The notes below the pieces were generated by a model. That model made no database searches, was not told the origin of the DNA, and was given only the letters and a program-made list of their open reading frames with translations. A stretch of 47,775 nucleotides of DNA, taken from Actinomycetota bacterium. Its GTDB lineage: Bacteria > Actinomycetota > Aquicultoria > UBA3085 > Oleimmundimicrobiaceae. This document shows, one piece after another, positions 1 through 10,428 of the stretch (its first letter is position 1; each line of letters starts with the position of its first letter). A program made the translations under genes and the position numbers. The stretch is taken from the NCBI GenBank assembly GCA_037441605.1, contig JBBIRY010000003.1:1-47775 (forward strand). The letters are read 5' to 3'.

Positions 1-474
1 CCGCCCGAGGGGTCGGAAGTGGTGCTTGTCGAGACCGCGGCTGAGATGGAGACTCAAGTCAAGGCGAACTTTCTTAAATCTGATGCCTTAATCATGGCCG
101 CGGCAGTCTCCGATTACAGGCCTAAAACTTTTAGCGAGGAAAAGATAAAGAAGGATAAAGAAGAGATCGATCTTACCCTCGTCAAAACAACCGATATCTT
201 AAGTTCTATCAAGAATGAAAAAGGCAAACGGGTCATCATTGCCTTTTCTGCCGAGACCGAGAAGCTCATCAAAAACTCTCTTAAAAAACTCAAGGCCAAG
301 GGGGCCGACCTCATCGTCTGCAACGATGTCTCAAGAACAGATATCGGATTTGAGTCTGACCTAAATGAGGTGACCTTGATCGATGACCTTGGCGATTCAA
401 CGCTTCTCCCTTTGAGTCATAAAAGGGTCATCGCAAGGGGGATAGTCGACCGTCTGGTCGAAATGATCTCTTAA
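1..474 (+). CDS. coaBC: Phosphopantothenate-cysteine ligase domain of CoaBC, 5'-partial
   Basis: Frame open from base 1; motifs AAAVSDYRP, FSAET, KLKAKGADLIVCNDV, GFESDLNEV. Confidence 0.92.
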   Translation, partial: PPEGSEVVLVETAAEMETQVKANFLKSDALIMAAAVSDYRPKTFSEEKIKKDKEEIDLTLVKTTDILSSIKNEKGKRVIIAFSAETEKLIKNSLKKLKAKGADLIVCNDVSRTDIGFESDLNEVTLIDDLGDSTLLPLSHKRVIARGIVDRLVEMIS

Positions 475-527
475 ATGTTCCTTCTGGCCATAAGCTCTTT
501 TCGTCCAACTCAAGTCGAGAGCGAGAG

Positions 528-1454
528 ATGATAATCGCAATAGTCGGACCGACCGCCGTCGGAAAGAGCGAACTCTCCATGATTCTTGCCTCCAAGCTTG
601 ATGGGGAGATAGTATCGATTGATTCGATGCAGATCTATCGCGGCTTGGACATCGGCACCGCAAAGCCCGGCCCTCAAGAGCGAGGAGAAACCCCTCACCA
701 CATGATAGATATCATTGATCCGTCTGAATCCTATAGCGTTGCCAAGTTTCAGGTAGCTGCCAGAGAAAGCATTGGAGACATAATCGAGAGAGGAAAAACC
801 CCAATCCTGGCGGGAGGGTCCGGTCTTCACTTAAGAGCGGTCGTCGATGATTTAAGATTTCCACCGGGCGAGCTAAGCTCTTGTGAGAGAGAAAAGCTTT
901 CTTCAACCGAAGAGACAACCCTCCTTTTCAACCGTTTGCATGAGCTTGATCCCGATGCCGCAAGCAAAATCCACCCCAATAACCGGACGCGGATAATCAG
1001 GGCCTTGGAAGCGGCTCTTATTTCGGGAAAGTTTAGCCAAGAGGAGACCGATTGGGCTGCATACAGCTCAATCTACGAAGATATATTCTTTTTTGGTCTC
1101 ACAATGGAAAGAGAAGAGCTCTATGAAAAGATTGAAGTCAGAGTCGATGAGATGTTTCAAAAAGGTCTTATCGATGAGGTGAGGCTGCTTTTGGAAAGCG
1201 GCAGGCTATCGTCGAAGACGGCCTTGCAAGCCATAGCCTATAAGGAGATGGCGGCCCATATACGAGGCGAACTCGATCTCGATCAAGCGAAAGAGTTGAT
1301 CAAGAAGCGGACGAGAAATTTTGCAAAACGTCAATATACTTGGTTTAAACGCGATCCAAGGATAAAATGGTTGCATAGGAAAGATGCAGACCTATCCAAA
1401 ATCGCAGAAACCATAATTGAAGACTTAAGGAACAAGGAGGCCTCCTTTGAATAA
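528..1454 (+). CDS. miaA: tRNA dimethylallyltransferase
   Basis: GPTAVGKS, DSMQIYRGLDIGTAKP, TRNFAKRQYTWF. Confidence 0.97.
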   Translation: MIIAIVGPTAVGKSELSMILASKLDGEIVSIDSMQIYRGLDIGTAKPGPQERGETPHHMIDIIDPSESYSVAKFQVAARESIGDIIERGKTPILAGGSGLHLRAVVDDLRFPPGELSSCEREKLSSTEETTLLFNRLHELDPDAASKIHPNNRTRIIRALEAALISGKFSQEETDWAAYSSIYEDIFFFGLTMEREELYEKIEVRVDEMFQKGLIDEVRLLLESGRLSSKTALQAIAYKEMAAHIRGELDLDQAKELIKKRTRNFAKRQYTWFKRDPRIKWLHRKDADLSKIAETIIEDLRNKEASFE

Positions 1455-2310
1455 GGCGATCCAATTTACAAAATCGGAAGGCGCAGGCAATGATTTCATC
1501 ATCATTGACAACATTGAGGGCGATTTAAATCTCACCCCCGAGGTTGTCGAATATCTTTGCGATCGTCATTTTGGCATCGGGGCCGACGGATTGATTTTGG
1601 CTGAAAATTCTACCGGCGCAGACTCTCAATTCTTCATGAGATACTTCAATTCCGATGGCTCCGCCGCCGAGATGTGCGGTAACGGCGTGCGCTGTTATGC
1701 CAAATATATCTACGACAATTGTCTGATTGGCGAGGAGAGATTCACCATCTCTACCTTAGCGGGTCCCAAGGTGGTAACATTGATCTTCGATGATTTTGAA
1801 GTTACGAAAGTTAAGGTAGACATGGGGCAATACAGTTTCAGCTCTCCCGATCTGCCCGTAGCATCCGATGGGGGCGAATTTATCGATCAAGAGATCGATA
1901 CGGGCGGAGAGAGACTTCGGCTTACGGCGGTCTCAATGGGCAACCCGCATGGGGTCATCTTCGTTCCAAACATTCAAGATGCTCCCGTTCTTTCGGTCGG
2001 TCCGCGTCTTGAGGTCGATCCGATTTTTCCAAACAAGACCAACGTCGAGTTTGCCGAGGTCGTAAGCGATTCACTCATCAAGCTCAGGGTGTTCGAGCGC
2101 GGGGTGGGGGAGACGCTTGCTTGCGGCACCGGGGCCTGCGCGACCGTGGTTGCGGCTAATAGGCTCGGTCTTGTGGGAAAAAAGGTTACCGTAAAACTTC
2201 TAGGCGGCGACCTTGAAATTGAAATCGCAAATGATAATATCTTTATGACCGGCCCGGCTAATCAGATTTTTACCGGACAAATCAATCTTAAATTGGAGGA
2301 TCAATCTTGA
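1447..2310 (+). CDS. dapF: Diaminopimelate epimerase
   Basis: [33 protein letters not shown]. Confidence 0.97.
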   Translation: MNKAIQFTKSEGAGNDFIIIDNIEGDLNLTPEVVEYLCDRHFGIGADGLILAENSTGADSQFFMRYFNSDGSAAEMCGNGVRCYAKYIYDNCLIGEERFTISTLAGPKVVTLIFDDFEVTKVKVDMGQYSFSSPDLPVASDGGEFIDQEIDTGGERLRLTAVSMGNPHGVIFVPNIQDAPVLSVGPRLEVDPIFPNKTNVEFAEVVSDSLIKLRVFERGVGETLACGTGACATVVAANRLGLVGKKVTVKLLGGDLEIEIANDNIFMTGPANQIFTGQINLKLEDQS

Positions 2311-3464
2311 GACAGGCAGAAAGGATAGCCAACCTACCACCCTACCTCTTCGCCGAGATAGACAAGAAGATAGCCTTAAAGAAAGCTGCCGGAGTTGATG
2401 TCATAAGCCTTGGGATAGGAGATCCGGTAGAGCCGACCCCTGGCCACATAATCGACGCCCTATGCAAGGAAGCCAAAAACCCCGAAAATCACCGGTATCC
2501 TTCTTACTTCGGCATGCCCGCTTTCAGGAGAGCGGCAGCCGATTTCTGCAAAGAACGATTCGGACTGAGCTTTGATCCGGATAAGGAGATTTTGCCCCTG
2601 ATCGGCTCAAAAGAGGGGATAGCCCATATCTTTTTGGCCTTCCTCGATCCGAAGGATATAGCTTTGGTCCCGGATCCAGGTTATCCCGTCTATAATGTCG
2701 GAACCTTACTTGCCGGCGGAACTCCACACTTCATGCCGCTCAAGAAGGAGAATGATTTTCTGCCTGACTTCTCCAAGATAGATTCCAAGACCGCCAAGCA
2801 GGCAAAGCTGATGTTTTTGAATTACCCAAACAACCCGACATCAGCGGTAGCCGACATTTCCTTCTTTCAAGAGGCGCTCGACTTTGCAAGAAGCCATGAC
2901 ATCTTGATCTGTCATGACAATGCCTACTCCGAGATAGCTTTCGACGGTTACGTGCCGCCGAGTTTCTTGGAGCTACCGGGGGCAAAGGAGCAGACAATAG
3001 AGTTTCACTCCCTCTCTAAAACCTACAACATGACCGGCTGGCGCATCGGTTTTGCGGCCGGTAACGAATATGCCGTGAGGGCCTTGGGAAGGGTTAAGAC
3101 CAACGTCGATTCGGGAATCTTCAACGCGATCCAATATGCCGGAATGGCGGCCTTAGGCGGAAGTCAGGCTCCGGTCAAGGAGATGTGCGATATATATCAG
3201 AGGAGAAGGGACCTGGTTGCTAAAGCCCTTACCGAAATGGGGCTCTCCTTCTCTCTGCCCAAAGCCAGCATATATTTCTGGGTCGAGGTGCCAAAGGGTT
3301 ATACCTCGGCCGGATTTGCAACCCACATCCTCGATCAGGCTGGAGTCGTCATCTCTCCTGGAAGCGCCTACGGCAGCCACGGAGAGGGATATATCAGAAT
3401 TACTTTGAGTGTCAAAGACGATCGACTCATAGAGGCCTTGGAAAGGGTCAAAAAGGCGCTCTAA
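2307..3464 (+). CDS. dapL: LL-diaminopimelate aminotransferase (PLP class I/II)
   Basis: [36 protein letters not shown]; 4-nt overlap with dapF. Confidence 0.85.
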   Translation: MRQAERIANLPPYLFAEIDKKIALKKAAGVDVISLGIGDPVEPTPGHIIDALCKEAKNPENHRYPSYFGMPAFRRAAADFCKERFGLSFDPDKEILPLIGSKEGIAHIFLAFLDPKDIALVPDPGYPVYNVGTLLAGGTPHFMPLKKENDFLPDFSKIDSKTAKQAKLMFLNYPNNPTSAVADISFFQEALDFARSHDILICHDNAYSEIAFDGYVPPSFLELPGAKEQTIEFHSLSKTYNMTGWRIGFAAGNEYAVRALGRVKTNVDSGIFNAIQYAGMAALGGSQAPVKEMCDIYQRRRDLVAKALTEMGLSFSLPKASIYFWVEVPKGYTSAGFATHILDQAGVVISPGSAYGSHGEGYIRITLSVKDDRLIEALERVKKAL

Positions 3465-3479
3465 AGGATTCGTGGCCGG

Positions 3480-4598
3480 TTGATCGAACAAGAGAGCAAA
3501 AAAGAGCGGGCCATCCTGGTCTTTCTCTTAGAAGACCGAAAACCCAAAGAGGCCGAAGACGGTCTGATTGAACTATCAGAGCTCGCAAAGACCGCCGGGG
3601 CCGAAATAGTATCCCATGTAACTCAGAGAGCCTTGCCCGATACCAAGACCTTCATCGGATCGGGGAAGGCTCAAGAGGTCGCCCTGATTGCCGAAGAACT
3701 TGACGCCGACATAATCATCTTCAATGAAGACCTCACCCCATCTCAACAGGCCAATCTCGAAAAGATCATAAAGCGAAGAATTGTGGATCGAACCACTTTG
3801 ATTTTAGATATCTTCGCTCAGAGGGCCAAAACCAAAGAGGGAAAGATCCAGGTAGAGATGGCTCAACTTACCCACGCGCTCTCGAGGCTCAAGGGTAAGG
3901 GCGTTATGCTCTCCAGACTTGGCGGCGGCATCGGAACCAGAGGCCCCGGAGAAACCAAGCTTGAGGTTGAGCGAAGAGGGATAGGAAAAAGGATAGCTCG
4001 CCTAAAGGATGAGCTGGAAAGGATTGAGCGAGTTAGAAAAACCCAGAAGAAGCAGCGCGTAAAGAGGGGCCTTTATCGCATAGCTTTGGTTGGATATACG
4101 AACGCCGGTAAATCGACGCTCTTAAACGTCCTGACCGATTCGAACGTTTTAGTCGAAGATAAGCTCTTTGCTACTTTGGATCCGACCTCGCGCCGCCTTC
4201 GCCTATTGAGCGGTGAGGTGGCAACCATATCCGATACCGTTGGCTTCATTAGGGGCCTTCCGCATCATTTGGTTGCGGCCTTCAAGTCGACTCTTGAGGA
4301 AGTGGTCGAAGCCGACCTTTTGCTCCATGTGATCGATGGGAGCAACCCCGCCTTCGAGCAGCAAATAATCGCTGTCGAGAAGATCTTAAAGGATTTAAAA
4401 GCTTTTGGTTTAAGAATAATCCCGGTATTCAACAAGATCGACCTCTTGGAGAATGAAGCCTTGCTTAAGCTAAGATCAGCCTATGCAGACGCCGCCTTTC
4501 TCTCAGCCAAGAGCGGGGTGGGCTTAAGCGAGCTTTTAGAAATGGTCATTGGCGAAATTGAAGAGGGTCTTAGAGAGAGAGTGTCAGATCCGTCTTAA
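3480..4598 (+). CDS. hflX: GTPase HflX
   Basis: GGGIGTRGPGET, GYTNAGKST, LFATLD, DTVGFI, NKID. Confidence 0.97.
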   Translation: MIEQESKKERAILVFLLEDRKPKEAEDGLIELSELAKTAGAEIVSHVTQRALPDTKTFIGSGKAQEVALIAEELDADIIIFNEDLTPSQQANLEKIIKRRIVDRTTLILDIFAQRAKTKEGKIQVEMAQLTHALSRLKGKGVMLSRLGGGIGTRGPGETKLEVERRGIGKRIARLKDELERIERVRKTQKKQRVKRGLYRIALVGYTNAGKSTLLNVLTDSNVLVEDKLFATLDPTSRRLRLLSGEVATISDTVGFIRGLPHHLVAAFKSTLEEVVEADLLLHVIDGSNPAFEQQIIAVEKILKDLKAFGLRIIPVFNKIDLLENEALLKLRSAYADAAFLSAKSGVGLSELLEMVIGEIEEGLRERVSDPS

Positions 4599-5195
4599 AA
4601 GGGATGTCACTTTGCCGATTATCTTGGCGTCCTTTGTCAGAATCGGCTCCATTAAGGAGTTTTCAGGCCTAAGTTCTATGTGATTAGATCTCTTGAAGAA
4701 TCTTTTTATTGTCGCTTCACCATCTATTATTGCAACTACTATGTCGCCGTCGCTTGCCGAATCCTGCTTTCTAGCAACAAGATAATCGCCATTCAAGATG
4801 GCAGCATCGATCATGCTGTCTCCCTTGACCTCAATTACGAAAGAATCATCCATAGCGAAGTCCCTGGGTAAGACTAAAACCTCTTCAACGTTCTCTTCGG
4901 CGAAGATGGGGGTGCCCGCCGCAGCCCTTCCAACCACAGGCACGACCCTTGCTCGGGTGGAGTTCGAAAGCTCTTGGGAAACCCGCTCTTTCAGCACCTC
5001 GATGGTTCTGGGTTTAGCCGGATCCCTCTTTATATAACCGAGCTTCTCCAGCGCGATTAGATGGCTGTGGACAGTCGATGTCGAAGAGAGGCCGATCGCC
5101 TCACAGATCTCCCTGACAGAGGGGGGAAACCCCTTGGCCGCGATCTCGCTCAATATATAGTTATAGATCTCCTTCTGTCTTTTGCTGGCCTCCAT
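4584..5195 (-). CDS. lexA: SOS repressor LexA
   Basis: PPSVREIC HTH, Ala-Gly cleavage site (AAGTP), GDSM serine, ATIKR lysine; AAGGAGG RBS. Confidence 0.97.
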   Translation of the reverse strand: MEASKRQKEIYNYILSEIAAKGFPPSVREICEAIGLSSTSTVHSHLIALEKLGYIKRDPAKPRTIEVLKERVSQELSNSTRARVVPVVGRAAAGTPIFAEENVEEVLVLPRDFAMDDSFVIEVKGDSMIDAAILNGDYLVARKQDSASDGDIVVAIIDGEATIKRFFKRSNHIELRPENSLMEPILTKDAKIIGKVTSLLRRI

Positions 5196-5215
5196 GAACT
5201 GCCTCCTTTTTTAGG

Positions 5216-5245
5216 ATTATAACAATCAAAGGTGCGCTTTAGCAA
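5216..5245 (-). promoter_or_regulatory. Putative sigma-70-type lexA promoter
   Basis: Minus strand TTGCTA-18 nt-TATAAT with TGn extension. Confidence 0.7.
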
Positions 5246-5256
5246 ACATAGGTTCG
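5243..5256. promoter_or_regulatory. LexA (SOS) box, Gram-positive type
   Basis: CAAAC-ATAG-GTTCG, one mismatch to CGAAC-N4-GTTCG; overlaps the lexA -35. Confidence 0.82.
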
Positions 5257-5318
5257 ATTGATAAAAAATTTAAAGAAATTGCCAAATTGGTCTTGCTAAT
5301 TCTTTTTTTTAGTGATAA

Positions 5319-5334
5319 ACACAATATATAGGGT
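5319..5334. promoter_or_regulatory. NrdR box 1
   Basis: ACACAATATATAGGGT vs consensus acaCwAtATaTwGtgt. Confidence 0.88.
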
Positions 5335-5341
5335 TTAAGGT

Positions 5342-5371
5342 TTTACATATCAACAAGATATTGTGTATAAT
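5342..5371 (+). promoter_or_regulatory. Putative promoter of the nrdR-nrdD operon
   Basis: TTTACA-18 nt-TATAAT, overlapped by NrdR box 2. Confidence 0.65.
5351..5366. promoter_or_regulatory. NrdR box 2
   Basis: CAACAAGATATTGTGT, starting 32 bp after box 1 (canonical tandem spacing). Confidence 0.88.
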
Positions 5372-5395
5372 CTGTGGAAACCGAGTAGAAAAGCT

Positions 5396-5842
5396 GTGAA
5401 ATGTATATTCTGTGATTTTCCGGAAACCAAAGTAGTTGATTCGAGGGTTGCTGAGGGCAAGGACTCGATCAAAAGGCGTCGCGAGTGCATCGAGTGCGGC
5501 CAGAGGTTTACCACTTATGAACGGGTTGAAGAAGTACCCTTAACCGTTATCAAAAAAGACGGGGTGAGAGAGCCGTTCGACCGTGGCAAATTGATAGCCG
5601 GCCTTTTAAGAGCGACTGTAAAAAGAAGGGTTTCGACCCAGGCCTTAGAAAAAATGATTTCAGATATAGAGATTCAACTCAGAAACGAGTTCAAATACGA
5701 GATTAATTCCAAAGATCTTGGCGAGATGGTTTTACAAAAATTAAAGAAACTGGATAAGGTGGCTTACGTCCGATTCGCCTCCGTATACAGAGACTTTCAA
5801 GATATAGATGAGTTCTTTTCCGAGCTCGACAGCTTAAAATAA
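5396..5842 (+). CDS. nrdR: Transcriptional repressor NrdR
   Basis: Start moved to GTG 5396 (MKCIFC); Zn ribbon, RRREC..C..RFTTYE, ATP cone, VAYVRFASVY. Confidence 0.97.
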   Translation: MKCIFCDFPETKVVDSRVAEGKDSIKRRRECIECGQRFTTYERVEEVPLTVIKKDGVREPFDRGKLIAGLLRATVKRRVSTQALEKMISDIEIQLRNEFKYEINSKDLGEMVLQKLKKLDKVAYVRFASVYRDFQDIDEFFSELDSLK

Positions 5843-5863
5843 CTTTAGATAGGGAGGTTTCAA

Positions 5864-7990
5864 ATGCTGGCAAGGAAGATAAACGTCATCAAGACCGTAA
5901 ACGGAAAAAACGACGACGCAACAGATATCGCTCTATTGGTGAGCACGTCATCCCAACAAGAGATAAATGTCTGGGATAAGGAAAAGATAGTCAATTCGCT
6001 CATAAAGGAGACGAATATAACGAGCGACCTCGCTCACGAGATTGCCGATGCCGTCGAGAACAAAGTCATTGAGAGCAATCTAAAAGACATCACTACAAGT
6101 ATAATCCGCGAGCTTGTTGATACCGAGCTGCTTCAGCGGGGCCTCACCATAGCTCATAAACGCCACTCTCACTTGGGCCTGCCGATGTATGACGTCGAGC
6201 GGATAATCTTCAACGCCAACAAAGAAAATAGCAACACCACCCATAATCCCGAGTCGATCAACTTGACCATTGCCGAATCAATACTGAAGGAGTTTGCCAT
6301 AAGACGAGTCTTCAGCGAAGATGTGGCCTTGGCTCATATGGTTGGTGATGTGCACCTTCATGATTTAGGCTTTATAGTGCGCCCTTATTGCGGTGGGCAT
6401 TCACTGGAATATATCAAGAAGTACGGTCTGAGTCTGCCCAACATAACCAGCACCTCAAAACCGGCAAAACACGCCGAGGTCTTGATCGGCCACATGGTTA
6501 AGATGGCTTCTTCCCTCCAATCCCACTATGCAGGGGCTATCGGGTGGGAAGCGGTTAATATGTTTTTTGCCCCTTATCTTGTGGGCCGCTCATATGATGA
6601 GATAAGGCAGCTCGCCCAGATGCTTATCTATGAATTCAATCAGCTTGCTGGTGCAAGGGGATCGCAGGTGGTTTTCACTGACTTCAATCTCTACTGGAAC
6701 ATACCGGCCCACTTCAAAGATACTGAAGCGATTGGGCCGGGCGGTAAGCATACCGGCAAGAAATACTCAGAGTATGAGAAAGAGTCTCAGATGTTCCTGA
6801 AAGCAATGTTCGAAGTCTATCTGGAGGGCGACGCTATGGGCAAGACCTTCGTCTTCCCAAAACCGCTTCTCCACATAAGCAACGACTTCTTCAAGAGCGA
6901 AGGCCACGATGAGTTTTTGAATCAGGCTTGCGAAGTAGCCAGCCGTCAAGGGATTACCTACTTCGTCTTCGACCGAGGTGATGAGGTAACGGTCTCGCAA
7001 TGCTGTCGTTTGAAGCTTAGGCTAAACGAGACCGATCTCGCTGAAACCAAGAGCCCCGAGAAGATGAGATTTTCGGCCTTGCAGAATATAACCATTAACC
7101 TGCCAAGAATTGCCTACAAAGCAGGGCAGAACGACCAGCTTCTTTTCATGGAGATAAACAAGGCTCTTGAACTCGTGGCCAAGGCCCACCTTCAAAAGAA
7201 AGCCTTCATCAAAGAGCTATTAGATCTCGGTCAAGAGGGACCGCTCGCTATGCTTTGCGCAAAGAAGGACGGGGAGCCCTACCTAAGATTGGAGAGATTA
7301 ACCTACCTTGCGGGAATCCTTGGGTTAAATGAAATGGTTGAGACTCATCTAGGCAAACAGCTTCACGAATCCGATGAGGCTTTGCGCTTCGGACTTAAGG
7401 TAATCTCCCATATGAGTTTGAAATGCAAACAACTCTCTGAACAATACGGTGTCAATATCGTTTTGGAGGAGTCTCCGGCTGAATCAAGCGGCTATCGCTT
7501 GGCCAAGTTGGATATGAAGTATTATCCGCGTCAAACAAGAAAAGTCATCAAGGGTAGCTTTGAGAATGGAGAATACTATTATACCAACAGCATCCATCTG
7601 GCAGTTGATGCAGACATTGACTATATCGAGCGAGTCGAAAAACAAAGCCTGTTTCATCCTCTGATCGAGGCTGGAGCCATCGTTCATATCTGGCTTGGTG
7701 AGAACGAGCCCGACCCAAAATCAATCAAGGAATTTGTGGTTAAAACCTTCCGCAATACCAATGCGGCTCAAATTGCTTTCAGTCCTGAATTTACGGTCTG
7801 CAACAATTGCAAGAGAACGTCAAGGGGCCTTACCGCCCATTGCCAGCTCTGTGAGTCAGATGATGTCTATGGCATCACAAGGATAGTCGGTTACTTCTCT
7901 AAGATTTCCACCTGGAATAAGGGTAAGATATCTGAGCTTAAAGAGAGGATTCGCACAAAATTGTATAAGGAGGATGAGAAGATTGGCTAA
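5864..7990 (+). CDS. nrdD: Anaerobic class III ribonucleoside-triphosphate reductase
   Basis: N-terminal ATP-cone-like region, HLHDL, SQCCRL finger loop, PAES, CNNC/CQLC Zn site, glycyl-radical motif RIVGY. Confidence 0.96.
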   Translation: MLARKINVIKTVNGKNDDATDIALLVSTSSQQEINVWDKEKIVNSLIKETNITSDLAHEIADAVENKVIESNLKDITTSIIRELVDTELLQRGLTIAHKRHSHLGLPMYDVERIIFNANKENSNTTHNPESINLTIAESILKEFAIRRVFSEDVALAHMVGDVHLHDLGFIVRPYCGGHSLEYIKKYGLSLPNITSTSKPAKHAEVLIGHMVKMASSLQSHYAGAIGWEAVNMFFAPYLVGRSYDEIRQLAQMLIYEFNQLAGARGSQVVFTDFNLYWNIPAHFKDTEAIGPGGKHTGKKYSEYEKESQMFLKAMFEVYLEGDAMGKTFVFPKPLLHISNDFFKSEGHDEFLNQACEVASRQGITYFVFDRGDEVTVSQCCRLKLRLNETDLAETKSPEKMRFSALQNITINLPRIAYKAGQNDQLLFMEINKALELVAKAHLQKKAFIKELLDLGQEGPLAMLCAKKDGEPYLRLERLTYLAGILGLNEMVETHLGKQLHESDEALRFGLKVISHMSLKCKQLSEQYGVNIVLEESPAESSGYRLAKLDMKYYPRQTRKVIKGSFENGEYYYTNSIHLAVDADIDYIERVEKQSLFHPLIEAGAIVHIWLGENEPDPKSIKEFVVKTFRNTNAAQIAFSPEFTVCNNCKRTSRGLTAHCQLCESDDVYGITRIVGYFSKISTWNKGKISELKERIRTKLYKEDEKIG

Positions 7991-8225
7991 GATAAAGGTT
8001 TTTATCAAATCAACTTGCCCAAAGTGTCCAGAGGCAAAAGAACTCGCATCGAAATTGGACGGCCCAGAGATTTTTGACGTCGGCAGCGTCGAGGGCTTGG
8101 CTGAGGCAGCTTTCTATCGGGTTCTTACCACACCGTCTTTTGTGGTGACCGATGAGACCGGCAAAGAGATCAGAGCCTGGTTTGGAGAAGTCCCCAACTT
8201 TGCTGAACTTGAACACGTATGCTAG
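7974..8225 (+). CDS. Small thioredoxin/glutaredoxin-like (NrdH-like) protein
   Basis: 83 aa, CPKC motif, TP cis-Pro motif; overlaps nrdD and nrdG. Confidence 0.85.
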   Translation: MRRLAKIKVFIKSTCPKCPEAKELASKLDGPEIFDVGSVEGLAEAAFYRVLTTPSFVVTDETGKEIRAWFGEVPNFAELEHVC

Positions 8226-8956
8226 AGGCGGTCAAGAGCGATGACGGAAAGGCGATAGATATCAGGGGGATACTCCCTGTGTCTATGCTGGATTGGCCGG
8301 GTAAGATTGCTTGTGTAATCTTTTTGGGTGGGTGCAATCTAAGCTGTCCATTCTGTCAGAACCATATTCTGCTTAAAGAAAAGGCGGATAATAACGGTAT
8401 AGATTTTTTAGATATCGAGAGGTATCTGCTGTCCAAGAAAAATTGGTTGGATGGCGTGGTGATTACCGGGGGAGAGCCCTCAATAAACCCTGGACTTGGA
8501 AAGCTTATTTCTAGGCTCAAAGCGATTGGGTATAGGGTTAAACTAGATACCAACGGAACCCGGCCCCAAGTTCTTTCACAGCTAATAAAAGAGGGTTTAA
8601 TAGACTACTTCGCCTTGGATATTAAGACCTCTTTTGACAAGTATGACCTCCTCGGTTCCTCCAAGGCGGAAGGAGAAAGCGCACTTGAAACTATCGATCT
8701 TATCATCGCCTCTGGGCTTGACCACGAGTTCCGAACGACGGTCGTGCCCGGGGTAGTCTCCAAGGAAGATATTATCGCCATCGCATCGATGCTTGGCAAA
8801 AAGGGTGCAAAACGCTACTTCCTTCAACAATACAACCCCAATGATATATTGAGCGGAGAATTCAAAACCCAAAAGCCGTTCAAGGCGGACTTTTTAAAGG
8901 AACTGACCAAGGAAGCAAACAAATTAGTACCCACAGAACTTAGAGGTTGTTCTTAA
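8219..8956 (+). CDS. nrdG: Anaerobic RNR activating radical SAM protein
   Basis: GCNLSCPFCQN (CxxxCxxC), TGGEP, KLDTNG, EFRTT. Confidence 0.92.
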   Translation: MLEAVKSDDGKAIDIRGILPVSMLDWPGKIACVIFLGGCNLSCPFCQNHILLKEKADNNGIDFLDIERYLLSKKNWLDGVVITGGEPSINPGLGKLISRLKAIGYRVKLDTNGTRPQVLSQLIKEGLIDYFALDIKTSFDKYDLLGSSKAEGESALETIDLIIASGLDHEFRTTVVPGVVSKEDIIAIASMLGKKGAKRYFLQQYNPNDILSGEFKTQKPFKADFLKELTKEANKLVPTELRGCS

Positions 8957-8973
8957 ACTAACATGGAGGTTTC

Positions 8974-9405
8974 ATGAAGATACAATTAAAGCTTCTTGAA
9001 AGTGATCTTCCCGTGCCCAAGCCGGCACATATCGGCGATGCCGGTTGCGACCTGTATAGTCGAATAGATTTTGATTTAGGGCCAGGAGAGAGGGGTCTGA
9101 TTCCAACCGGGATAATTCTTGCCATTCCCGACGGCTATGCCGGCTTTATCCAGCCAAGGTCCGGCCTTGCCATAAAGCACGGGATAACGTTGGTGAATAC
9201 GCCCGGCCTCATAGACTCTAAGTATCGAGGCGAAATCTGCGCTATATTATTAAATACGGATAAAGAAGAGACTTTTAGAATTAAAAAGGGTGACAGAATC
9301 TGCCAGCTTGTCATCCAAAAGGTTGAATCGGTCGATTACCTGGCAGTAGAAGAACTCGACGAAACGGTGCGAGGCGAAGGCGGCTTTGGAAGTACGGGGA
9401 AGTAG
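8974..9405 (+). CDS. dut: dUTP diphosphatase
   Basis: AGCDL, PRSGLA, GLIDSKYRGE, RGEGGFGSTG. Confidence 0.97.
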   Translation: MKIQLKLLESDLPVPKPAHIGDAGCDLYSRIDFDLGPGERGLIPTGIILAIPDGYAGFIQPRSGLAIKHGITLVNTPGLIDSKYRGEICAILLNTDKEETFRIKKGDRICQLVIQKVESVDYLAVEELDETVRGEGGFGSTGK

Positions 9406-9442
9406 ACATCGGGGCGGGACTTCCGTCCTAACCAAGCTCAAG

Positions 9443-10411
9443 ATGGCACTTTTTATGATCGCAGCGATTCTGGTCGCCGGAACGATGGGTTTTATCGTGA
9501 TAGAAGGCTGGTCGATTCTTGATTCGCTCTATATGACGCTGATTACAATTACCACAGTCGGCTTCGGTGAGGTAAGACCCTTATCTTTAAATGGAAAAAT
9601 ATTTACAATATTTCTTATAATAGCTGGTGTCGGCACGGTCCTTTATGCTTTCAGCTTAATGGTCGAGTTTTTGATCGAAGGACATCTTGGCGGATTAATG
9701 GGGGAGAGGCGGATGAAAAAACGCATAGACGCGCTAAGTTCTCATTATATATTGTGCGGTCTTGGCAGGGTTGGTCAGCAGGTGGCAAGGGAGTTTCTCA
9801 ACATGAAGATACCTTTTGTCGTCATAGACCGAAGCTTGGAATCATTGGATCTATTTCGCGGTCAAGATCTGATCTTTCTTGAGGGAGATGCAACCGATGA
9901 CCGTGTATTAGAAGAGGCCGGAATAAATAGGGCGACCGGCTTGATAGCGGCTTTAAGCGATGATGCTGATAACGTATACGTCGTTTTGACCTCAAAATCC
10001 TTCAACCCCGAGTTGTTGATAGTGGCCAGGGCGAGTTCTGAGGGCTCCGAGATCAAACTCAAGAAGGCCGGTGCAACCAAAGTTATCTCACCGGCCGTAA
10101 TCGGCGGAAGAAGGATGGCCTCTTATATCACTAAGCCTGTGGCCTGCGATTATCTTGACGTCTTAACCCAGGGGCAGAATATTGAGTTCCATTTGGCCGA
10201 ATTCAAGATCGACAATAAATCTGAGATAGTCAACAAGGCGATAAATGAATCTAAGATCAGGGATAGGACTATGGGCGCGATGGTTCTCGCCATAAACCAG
10301 GGCGGTGAATTTAATACTAATCCCGATCCATCGACAAAACTTCGGGCCGGTGACATAGTGATCACGATAGGGACGAGTCAACAATTGGAGCTTTTCAAGA
10401 AGTTAATCTAA
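9443..10411 (+). CDS. Potassium channel with RCK (TrkA-N/TrkA-C) domains, MthK-like; start uncertain (9386 or 9443)
   Basis: Two TM helices around a TTVGFGE filter; GLGRVG Rossmann motif; GDAT. Confidence 0.9.
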   Translation: MALFMIAAILVAGTMGFIVIEGWSILDSLYMTLITITTVGFGEVRPLSLNGKIFTIFLIIAGVGTVLYAFSLMVEFLIEGHLGGLMGERRMKKRIDALSSHYILCGLGRVGQQVAREFLNMKIPFVVIDRSLESLDLFRGQDLIFLEGDATDDRVLEEAGINRATGLIAALSDDADNVYVVLTSKSFNPELLIVARASSEGSEIKLKKAGATKVISPAVIGGRRMASYITKPVACDYLDVLTQGQNIEFHLAEFKIDNKSEIVNKAINESKIRDRTMGAMVLAINQGGEFNTNPDPSTKLRAGDIVITIGTSQQLELFKKLI

Positions 10412-10428
10412 ATATGAGTCTAAACTTA

